Assembly (NCBI GenBank): GCA_013265495.1
Contig: MU058591.1
Span: forward strand, 186,001 to 250,000
DNA: 64,000 nucleotides
Reading direction: 5' to 3'
From: Vicugna vicugna
Taxonomy: Eukaryota
Shown: one piece after another, positions 54,734-64,000 of the stretch
Layout of the letters: the number at the start of each line of letters is the position of its first letter
How positions within the stretch are numbered: the stretch's first letter is position 1
Position numbers and translations under genes: made by a program
The notes under the pieces: model-generated
Database searches by the model: none
The model's input: the letters and a program-made list of their open reading frames with translations, nothing else
What the model was told of the DNA's origin: nothing

Positions 54734-55584
54734 TGGAAGCACGCGCCTCAGGGTCCTGACTGCATTCAGGAATCTCCAAAGCCCGACATTCTTGTGTTGG
54801 TTTCAAACTTCAGGATCCCTGCGATAATCTCCTGCGTGTTTAAGTGAATTCAAATTGGGTCTCTTCTATTTACAACTAAGTAACATCCTATGGGGCCCCT
54901 CAGGGACCTGTGCCACGCCCTCCCCCCTGGTGCTTTTCGGTGTCCTTCTCAAGTGCGTTCTCCTTCTCTGGCCTGGCTCCTCGCTGGGCGTGTCTAGCCG
55001 CTGTGTTTTGCACGAGTCAGGTGTGTAACCACTGTACGGAGAACAAGCACACGGGGCCTGGGCAGCTCTCGTGGGCAAGTGCAGGGACTCACCTGGAGAG
55101 GTACCTAAGGGTCCCGAAGGCTGCCCAGAGGCCTTTTTAGCTTATTTGTTCCCCAAGAGGCATCAATGAATCAAAGGGAGACGTCTGACAGCAAACATCA
55201 GGTTTGTTAACATTTGCTTACCTTTGGTGGATCACAAGGGGGAAAAAGAGGCCCAGAAGACAGACCAAAATTCTTCTGCAAAATTCAGGAGGCTTTCCAT
55301 TTATTTTTTAAAATATAAACAAGCTCCTTGGTGAACACAGAACCTTTCGTATTACTAACCTGGTCACCAGCAGTCCATCTCTGCTACAGAAATCTAACTG
55401 AATAAAGTACAGTGATGGGCACCACCTTATTTAGTCCACTTTCCTTATGGCTCCCATCACATGCTACACCTGCCAGGGACCTCCGTTCTTGATGAAAGAT
55501 GAACACAGGTGAATTATCGTAACTGATTTTCAGGCATTTTCTGCCTTGTGCATGATACACAAAAGAATTATCCCTGGTTCCTTC

Positions 55585-55608
55585 NNNNNNNNNNNNNNNN
55601 NNNNNNNN
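55585..55608. other. Assembly gap (24 N)
   Basis: N run. Confidence 0.99.
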
Positions 55609-56164
55609 AAAAATGACATGTAAATCATTCTCCCCAGGACAGAATAGCAGGCAACAGTATACAGGTCAGCGATGATGAGGTTTGGAAAACAGGGTTAACA
55701 GAATTGAGTTTTGAAATTTTTTTCATCACATCAAATCTAAGTCACCTTGGAACGAATACCTGGAAAGAAATTGAAAACACTGGTTCTCGCGATTTCCTTT
55801 CTGAGTTGCCTGTCCTACCGAGGCGTTTATCAGCCCTGCCACACACACGCGGTAAGATCATAAACACCGCCTCAAGCTACACGGTGCGGTGCCAACATTT
55901 ATTTCCTATTGTAACCAGCCTCAAGCCTATTCTAAAAATGTTTATTCTGTTGTACACTTTTTGTACTGATCCAAAGGTAAGGTAACTCAGGCACCCAGGA
56001 GAACAATACAAATACAGATGCTAAAGAGAGCAACGTTATTAGTGAAATGCCAAAGAGATCGTCTCTGACACTATTTTGTAAAGGACAAAGATGACTGTGG
56101 AAGATACTGATTTACCCATTTATACGTCTCCAATACCCAAACCAAATAAAACACAACCACACCA

Positions 56165-57443
56165 AATCTAAATTACAACACTTTATTGCAGCATCGGCAA
56201 AGGTCAGATTTCTGAAGCTGGTGAAGATCGGGCAGCATTTCCATGTGAAATGTTACAACTTTACAACTTTTGTTTCTTATTTAATTCTACATGCAGAAAC
56301 TGAAGCATGGTAAAAAGGAAAAAAATGTAAAATAGCTAGAAAAGATGTAATCAAGTTTGTAGCATACAGATGTGCTCTTCAACTAAATTTACTACGCCTA
56401 TCGGAAAGCAAACGAAAGACAGCTATCCTAAGAAATTAACAGATTGCCAGAAACAGACTAAGAACCCTCGTTTCTATTTGGGGGTGGGGTGGGGGGAGGA
56501 GAAACAAAACAAAACAAAACAAAAACAAAGCAAAAGAAAAGCTCTACTGTTTCCACACTTTGCTGAGAGACAGAGGCTGTAAACCCATGAAGGTCAACAA
56601 AATCTCCGGACCCCCCTGGCTGTCCTTCGTCCGTCTTCTGTGACGTCTGCCTGGCACGCTGTTTGTGTTCGATGATACTTACAATGGGCTCACCTACCCC
56701 TGCGCTCAGGCTGGTGTCAGACGCCCCTGCGCCGCCTGGGTTCATGCTCTTTGCACACTAGTCGTCACGTTCTCCTCTTACCCTAATAGGCAATGTTGTA
56801 TTACTGACTCTGATGGACAAAACTGGTTTTCCTCCCTCATCTCTTGCTCCTCTTGAAACAAATCCCTAAGCAGAAGCCTTCCTGGTGGATTATCTGTGTG
56901 TGGGTCTTTCATCGTTTTGTTGTCCTGCATGTGCGCTTTCACTAGGAGATTTTACCGCTTGCTCTATGCTTGTCTACTGCAGTCCTGGAGCCCCCAAGTG
57001 TATCTTTTTCCAACATGGGATGTTCAATTCAGAGACACTGTAACTCAAATCAAGTTTAACCTCAAGTTCGTTTCCCCCATACCATTACCATCACAACCGT
57101 TTCTTCTCCGGCTCAGTCATCTCACTGACGCTCCTCTCAGTGTAACTGCTCAGGAGTCAAGTCAACCGTCTCATTCCTTGACTGCCATTCTCAACAGAAG
57201 ATTAACCCTCGCGTGGTTTCCATACAAAAGGCCTTTCGCGCCTCGTCGGGAAGCGTCGGCTTGTTCCGGTGTTGGCAGAGGCTGCTCTTCCCGCCTCACG
57301 GCCCCAGCCTGTCCCAGGTTTAGGTTCGCAAGTCTCTAGACCGACATGCTGAGATGTGTCCACTGCTCTCACTCAATTGCTGGAGGACTCCACTATCCAC
57401 AACATCAGATACAGGACCTACTGAAATGACACGTGCTGCTGGA
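56165..57443 (-). other. UPF2: UPF2 3' UTR (~1.3 kb; cleavage position approximate)
   Basis: Repeat-free sequence from the stop codon to the poly(A) signal, U-rich in its distal part. Confidence 0.8.
56182..56187 (-). terminator. UPF2: UPF2 polyadenylation signal AATAAA
   Basis: tttatt on +. Tandem UGUA motifs lie ~70-80 nt upstream (minus-strand AGTTGTAAAGTTGTAACA), and a GU/U-rich element lies downstream (GGTGTGGTTGTGTTTTATTTGGTTTGGG). Confidence 0.85.
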
Positions 57444-57453
57444 TCAGCGTCTC
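57444..57453 (-). CDS. UPF2: UPF2 terminal exon, coding part (G AGA CGC TGA; completes ...GGRRR-stop)
   Basis: Acceptor ccctgtttgtgcctctag|GAGACGCTGA. Splicing gives AG|G-AGA-CGC-TGA = R-R-R-stop, the known UPF2 end. Confidence 0.92.
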
Positions 57454-57718
57454 CTAGAGGCACAAACAGGGCAACGTTAAAGGACTAGTACTGAGGACAA
57501 CCTCCGGCGAGAAGAGGCCCCCAGACACCACCAGCCACTGTTCACCGACGTCTGCGGACAAGGCAGCGCTTCTCAAGAGCGCACAACGCCTGCCAGGCTG
57601 AGACACAACGGGGAGCAGAGGGGCACCAAGGAGAGCAATTCTGACTGTGACGGGAAGGGGTGGGCCCAGCATACAACTACTATAACTGCTTCCTAAGATG
57701 CTGAGAATTCATGGTCTG

Positions 57719-58165
57719 TGTTACGGTTGCACTGTGTCCCCCCCAAACTTATACGCTGAAGTCTAACCCCAGTACCTCAGAATGTGACATTAGCTGGAGA
57801 CAGGGTCGCTGCAGATGTAATTCATTAAGATGAAGCCAGACAGAAGGACAAGCCCCAAATCCAGTTATGACTGTGTCCTCATAACAAGAGGACATCTGGA
57901 CACAGACACACATGCTGGGAAGACGCCACAGGAAGATGCGGCCAGAGACTGGACGGTGCTGTGGAAGCCGGGGAGGCCAAAGGCAGCCAGCGAACCACCA
58001 GAAGCCGGGAGGGAGGCCTGAATCCCTCACAGCCCCCAGAAGGAACCAACCCTGCCGACACCCTGACCTTGGATTCAGCCTCCAGAACTGTGGGACCAAC
58101 AGCTCTGTGGTTTCAGTCACACAGTTCACCACGCTTTCTTACGGCAGCTCCAGCAAACTAACACA
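57719..58165 (+). mobile_element. MLT1C-like MaLR solo LTR in the UPF2 last intron
   Basis: TG...CA termini; 5-bp near-TSD gtctg/gtttg; motifs 'ccagtacctcagaatgtgac', 'agaaggaaccaaccctgccgacacc', 'gcaaactaacaca'. Confidence 0.88.
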
Positions 58166-58439
58166 GTTTGCCTCTCACAAGGCAAGCTGCATTGGCAAGA
58201 AACTTTCAAAGAATAAAATGCAAATGTGGAAAAGTATCTTCAGCTGGATACGTCCGTTACGTCAGGCAGAGCTGAACTGAATGGAGAAAGGGCAGTAACA
58301 CCACTATTCCCTGAGAGAAAGAGAAGGTCTCTCTCCTGGAGTCGAGACAGAGCAGCGGCTAAAACGGAGCGCGTCGGACAAGCGCAGTGACCGACAGGAA
58401 GAGCACCTCGGTCGCTGGCAAGGAAGACACGCCTCTTAC

Positions 58440-58585
58440 AACCTCCTGCTGTCCAGAGTGCAGTCCACACTCCGGCAGCTTTGACATCGCCTGGGAGCTT
58501 GTTAGCAGCGAGTCAGAACCAGCAGTTTAATTAAGAGTCGAGATGGCTAAAATGCGTGTTTTTAAGGTCTGCGGAGCACTGGTAT
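58440..58585. mobile_element. MER5-type MITE fragment
   Basis: Motifs 'cagagtgcagtcc..catcgcctgggagcttgttag..tcagaaccagcagtttaa..gagcactg'. Confidence 0.6.
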
Positions 58586-59599
58586 AAGCCACGTGAACTT
58601 GCCGCACACAAACCACATCAGTGCTAACACTCGCCACGAATGCCGAGGGTCACAGGCTTTCTCAACACTGGCGGAGTGGAGGGAACCCTGTCCCGCACTA
58701 CGGAGTATCTGACAGTTGCACTGCGGACAGCGCTACTGCCATTTTAACTCGTGATAAGCAAATGCCTACACTCTGTTAGAGCGTTACTGCCCGCGAGAAG
58801 GGCTGAAATGTTAACTTACGGCCTTACTTCAGTCCAGATTAGAAAAATATAAAAATCATCATGATTAATGTCTGAGAGCCGTATCAAAATCCATAGGTAA
58901 GAAAAACTTTAAAATGCTTTAATAACCAGTTTGTAAATAAACTTCCCTCTTATCCGTCATACAATGTCAACAACATTAGTAACTTAAAAAAAAAGTAGTA
59001 GCCAAGATAGGAGTAAAACCGAAAGCAGTTTCTTAAACCTCACGCAGATTTTAACCTCCTGCCTCCTTTGTGCAGGAACTCAGCACGCAGATGCCCGAGG
59101 AGCATGGCTCTCAACACACACCTTCCTACCAGGTCTGGCCCAGCGTTAAAAACAGAAGAAAACAAAGCCAAGCCAAGCCACCAAAAGACTCCACCCCATC
59201 ACGTACGTTCTCCCAAATGACTGCATTTCTTCACTTAAAACTCAAGTTTAAAACATAGCAAAGAACTCTTGCTACTTGAAAGGCTCAAAAACCCAAGTTT
59301 ACTCGTTAGCTTGTTCCTCTACGATGTTCATCCGCACCAGCATTTTAAGAGCACTGGCTTTGAAAACACCATAAAACGGTAAGACTTCACAGAGGGCCAT
59401 TTGCAAGAGTGCTGGACAAATTAGGATTTTTTTTTTCTGAGTGATAATTTTAAGAAGAGATTTAAAGCAGGTACAGTGGGCAGCCCAAGCGGTGGGAGTC
59501 TCACAAAATCAGGAAAACAAAGGGGAAGGAGAGAGTTGGGGAGCGTAACACAAGAAGACGTTTTTATTAGATGGCTAAACGTAGATTTTTAAAAGCCCC

Positions 59600-60760
59600 T
59601 GTCCATTCAGCAAATACTTACCAGGCACCTACTCTGTGCCAGGCACCAAGAGCTGCGGAGGAGACAGAACGGAAAACAAGACAAGGTGTCCGGGGCAAGA
59701 GCACGACAGGGTCCCAAACGGAGGGAGGCGAAAAGAGCTTCACGAGAAGAACGGAAAGGCCAGCTCGGCGGGAGCCGGGGAAAGGAGGGCGAGAGGAGGC
59801 CAGCGAGGCGGCGCGCCTCGCGCGGGGCCGCGTCACCCAGGCTGCGGGGCCTGGCCTTTTCCCCGCAAGCCGAGAGGCGCCCCCGCGGGGTGTGCGCGGG
59901 GCAGCTCGCTCACACGGCCCGGCGGCAGGCTTGCGCTGGAGGAAGGACAGCGTGGGTGCAGCAGAGAATGGCGTGGAAGGGGCGGAAACTGGGGACTGAG
60001 AAGCCGACGCGGGCAGCGACCCAGACGAGGGGTGACGACAGCTGGATGCAGGACCTCGGCGGCGGCGGTGGAGCACACGGGGCACGAGAGAGACAGCCGC
60101 TTCCGCAGTGTCAGAGGACGTGTGAGCTAACCACATGTGGAGGCTGAGGGAGAGGACAGGGTCAAAAATACACCTGTCTTTTCTAGTTTGCACAAGGGGG
60201 TGGCCAGGGCTTCCGCTCACTGACCTAGAGGACAGAGGAGAGAAGCTGGGGACACACTGAGGTTGATGTTCCCGTAGGACATCCAGGTGGCCGTTCAGAA
60301 GACAGCTGGACGTGCAGTCAGCAACTAAAACGTGATGCCCGGGCCGGAGGCGTGGATGGTAACTGAGCCCCGGGTGGGGCGGAGGGCGCTTGGGGTGAGG
60401 GAGGAGCGCTCAGGACCAGCCCGAGGGACACGAGCCCTCCGGGTGGAGGCGAGCCCGACCCAGAGTCAGGAGCCAGGAAGCGGAGGTCACAGAGGGAAGA
60501 CAGAGGCCAGAAGACAGCAGAGCCACAGAGGTCAAGGGAAGAGAGTGTGCCGAGAAGAAAAGGAGGGTCCAAGTGCCAAGGGCTGCCAAGACGGCGTCCT
60601 AGAGCACGGAACGGAGCGCTGAGGTAGCGCTGGCTCGGGGAGGCCAGTGTCGGGGAAAAGCTGGGAGGCAGGCACAGTGTGTGTGTGGAAGCAAAACAGA
60701 AAGTTAACAAAGAATTCTGAAAGACGACTGAGTAACTGGTAGCAAACTAAAAAAGGCATG
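59600..60760 (-). mobile_element. L2 remnant, extremely GC/CpG-enriched
   Basis: Antisense L2 3' end 'cattcagcaaatacttaccaggcacctactctgtgccaggcac', followed by collinear L2 motifs. Confidence 0.75.
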
Positions 60761-62489
60761 CCTCCGTGTTCACAGACACATCTATTATTACCACACATGT
60801 AAGCTTACACGTTTCCCTGTATTTCTGCTCCCTGCTGCCTAAGAAACGCTGGCTACTTAGACTAGGGCAGAACTAGCTCTTTCAAGTAGCTGGACTCGGT
60901 TGCCTACTGCACTATAAGCTTGAGAGTGAAGACTCTTTTACTTTTGAATTTTCCATAGTGTAGGACTGAACCCATGGAAGGTGCTGGATGAATGTAAGCT
61001 GCAGGGAGTGAATCCTACTGCAAATAGTATTTATGCAGCAAATGTCATATTTACTGATTCTGTAAAGTCACCCAAACATTGAAAAATTAGTAAAAGATGC
61101 TACAGTCGCAGTATCTGAACGGAGAGGAGAAGGGATTAGGGACAATGCTGTTCAGGGATGGAAGGCTGCACTAAGACAGGTGCAGTTGATGGAAAAACGT
61201 CAAGATAGAAATATTCTAATAACGAGACAAGAAGAGAGAACAGACGTTACCAAGAACACAATGGTATATATTTAAAGCTCCTCTAAGAAAATGTAAAAGG
61301 AGGAAACGAAAATGTCCATGGCCCCTTTCTTAACTGAGCCAGCGTCTGCATCTTAGCAGCAATAATAAAAGGTATTACGGACAGGCTCAACCTAGCATCT
61401 TACACCGAATCAGACAGGTTTGTACATCATTTCTGAAAAACTCAACAGGTGTTAAAAAACAGAACCCTCCTCCTGACAAAAAATAGATTCCTAAGCTGTC
61501 ATAACAAACCAGTTTCTTAAACTGCAACTGGATTAGAGTTGTCTGAGCATACAGTTCTAAGAAAAATGTTACCAGGAACACACAAACACATTTAGAGAGT
61601 AAAAGACAAAGGCTCTGACACCTGCATTTCCCCCAACGCTACTCTTCCCGACACTGAACCAATTCTGCGACCCCAGCTCCCTTTTCTGCACCCGTGTGCC
61701 TGTCTCCGTCCAACAACAAGGGGACATCTGAGGGCTGTTGTACAGCCGCAGCCTAAACCCGGACGCCCCGAGGGAGAGCACTCAGAGCAGCAAAGCCCAC
61801 GTCACTGCGGATTATAACCCAGACACAAGATAGAAGGCGGGACCGACAGGTCTTTAGATCAGATCCCAGAGAAACTTTAACAACTTTATTCCTTAAAAAA
61901 AGATGAATGAGGATTTATTAGGGAACATCTTCCATGTGATATTCCTTACAGAGTTTTAATTATTTCACATTAGGCAACTCACGATTAAGAAGAACCGGCA
62001 TGAACCCCTGCAGGACATTTTATAACTCAAAAACGGACAAACAAAATACCCCAGAACAAACTCTAGCCTGCACGTCTGAAAGTCTTACTAGCAAACGGGT
62101 TTTGACTTTTAGTAAACATCACGATTACTTCACAGTGGCTTGAGAGGTCCCAACAAAAAGCCTCTGATTTCTCTCAAACGAATCTAAAACTAGTCCTCTC
62201 CATAAATGCAAAAGAGAAAAATTAAAAATACAAGTAACTCCACTCAGAGAAAGCAACAGCCAAGAATGGTGTGGCTGAAATCAAGATTCAAAAAAAACAA
62301 ACCCCAAAAACCAAAAATGTAAATATTGTACTAAAAGGTTTTCTTCTCTCACCTATCTATAACTCAACAACTTTTCTAAGTTTGCTAATTCGGCCTTTAT
62401 CATTAAGTATAATCCAGTATACTTATCTAAGTTATTCACACGGACATGATGAAGAAAATGGCTAAGGGAGAAACAAGAGAGGGTCCTAC

Positions 62490-62610
62490 CTCCCACCAGT
62501 CTTAAAGATTAGATCTGCATTAGGCGCTCCCTTCGGATGCTGGTAACGCGGCCGCCGCTCCCGATTGGTGTTTGCTGGAGCCGGGCGCTGGGCAAGAGAC
62601 TGCAGCATTT
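62490..62610 (-). CDS. UPF2: UPF2 penultimate coding exon (EMLQSLAQRPAPANTNRERRPRYQHPKGAPNADLIFKTGG+AG)
   Basis: Acceptor ctaattccag|AA completes GAA (Glu) with the upstream exon. Donor GGGAG|gtagga. Peptide matches the UPF2 C-terminus. Confidence 0.97.
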
Positions 62611-62861
62611 CTGGAATTAGGAGCCAAACAGAACAGGTGGTTACGCTTGGTAAATGCACTCCTCTCAAGAAGCCAGAGCCCAGGACAGTCTCTCAGGGAG
62701 CCGGCTGAGGAACAGCAACCATTGCACAGATTGAAATGATGAACAAGTACCAAAGAGCAATCTAGAGATGAGATACGCTCTTGACTGCCACGTAACACTC
62801 AAAGCCCCCCTTACAGCCAGTGCGGCCACCACCCAAGTGTCTTGTGAGGCAGTCAACAGTG

Positions 62862-63075
62862 TAAGAAGCAGGCAGGACGGCAGCCAGACAGTACTGACTC
62901 GAGTCCCAGCTCTGCCACCTACTAGCCATGGGACTTTCGGTTCAGTGTCTCTAAGTGTAAGATGCAAATAATAATGGGCACTGATCTCACAGAATTGTGA
63001 GGATTAAATGCTTTGAAAGCTACTCAAGTGTCTGACCCACAGTAAGCACTTACACTGACTGTTAACTACCATTAT
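62862..63075 (+). mobile_element. MIR SINE in a UPF2 intron
   Basis: Motifs 'gagtcccagctctgccacctactagc', 'ctcacagaattgtgaggattaaatg', 'cacagtaagcactt'. Confidence 0.85.
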
Positions 63076-63693
63076 TTGTTATTAAGAATGTTGAGTGTCA
63101 GCTGGAAGAGAGTATTCTAGAAGTGGGACTTAAAGATAGAAAACCAATTATTTATTTACACAGCAATCTCTTCCAGTTTTTGAGTACAGCCCTATATGAA
63201 GGGCTGGGCTGGCTCAGGAGGTGTCCATGACCTCTGTATTTAAAGTTCCAGTTAAGCCAAGTGTGCTGGGTATGTCTGCATAAAACTGGAATCCTAACTT
63301 GAATATACCCTCAAATTTGAAGGAACAGAGGGCCTTCAAGACCAGAATTATCAAACAGACAAAACGAGATGGTATTTGTTGAGTTAATTTGTTCACAGTT
63401 GACTGGCAACACGAGGCAACTAAAAATTGGTCTTTGTGTCACCTGCAAACATGGCTCTAACAGGATGGAATCTAACTGAACTATGGAGTTAGCAAAATGT
63501 GATGAGAATTCCACTAGTGTTCTTTTACAAGTAAGTGAGAAAAGAGTGGGATGTAAAAAACAATCAGCCTCTCAGGCTAAATATACACAAACACGCCGTG
63601 AAAAGGTGGAGAACAACACCTTTGACATCCTATGTTCTAAAAGCCCAAGGGGCATCGCGATTTCCCCCTTCCGTCCTGGAAACGAGCTGATAC

Positions 63694-63835
63694 CTTGATA
63701 ATCTTCTTGTTCTTGCCGTTCATTGATATCTAGCGTGAGCTTTTTCATTCTCATCCTCTCTTCTTGCTCTGCCTGTTGCTGGTTCCAGTGATTTGCAGCA
63801 AGTTGGGAAGACATGGGTACATTAAGGATCTTAAA
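63694..63835 (-). CDS. UPF2: UPF2 third-to-last coding exon (FKILNVPMSSQLAANHWNQQQAEQEERMRMKKLTLDINERQEQEDYQ+G)
   Basis: Peptide matches the UPF2 C-terminal UPF1-binding region. Acceptor tttttttctcag|TTT and donor CAAG|gtatca; 142 bp, ending in phase 1. Confidence 0.97.
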
Positions 63836-64000
63836 CTGAGAAAAAAATGACAAAGAAGTCACAAATGGCTTGAGAAAATCAAGAGGGAAAAAAAATAAGT
63901 AGATTTAAACAAGTTTAGGAAAATCATAATCTTTCCGTTCCTAATAAGTCAATAAAGACGGTCTAAGGACATAAACATGACAGTGTTACTCTACAAGAGA

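Noticed and set aside
56145..56150. Plus-strand AATAAA suggesting a convergent gene end
   Set aside because: It is better explained as the U-rich downstream element of the UPF2 poly(A) site, and I found no plus-strand exons.
59571..60220. Overlapping 140-200 aa ORFs in the UPF2 last intron
   Set aside because: They derive from the GC-shifted L2 and show no protein homology.
1..64000. CRISPR array, operon or other prokaryote-type system
   Set aside because: The sequence is clearly mammalian, with no repeat-spacer array and no dense coding cluster.

Overview
Mammalian genomic DNA, most likely camelid (inferred from a camelid-type tRNA-derived SINE at ~44.7 kb and a young cetartiodactyl-type L1 3' end). 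It comes from a draft assembly with three N-gaps. The only protein-coding gene I can support is the 3' end of UPF2 (nonsense-mediated decay factor) on the minus strand: three coding exons (63694-63835, 62490-62610, 57444-57453) with canonical GT-AG sites that splice in frame to ...KTGGRRR-stop, a ~1.3 kb 3' UTR and an AATAAA at 56182-56187. The rest is intergenic or intronic and rich in L1, L2, MIR, MaLR/ERV LTRs, MER5-type DNA elements and microsatellites. Most ORF-track entries are spurious or repeat-derived. The window switches from AT-rich/CpG-poor (1 to ~36.5 kb) to GC- and CpG-rich (~37 kb onward), and ancient repeats in the GC-rich part look strongly AT->GC shifted. I found no convincing novel multi-gene system. 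The best leads are a possible intronic-polyadenylation isoform of UPF2, an L2-derived CpG island in its last intron, the compositional boundary, and some unusual transposon structures. Repeat family calls come from remembered consensus features, not a database search, and their boundaries are approximate.
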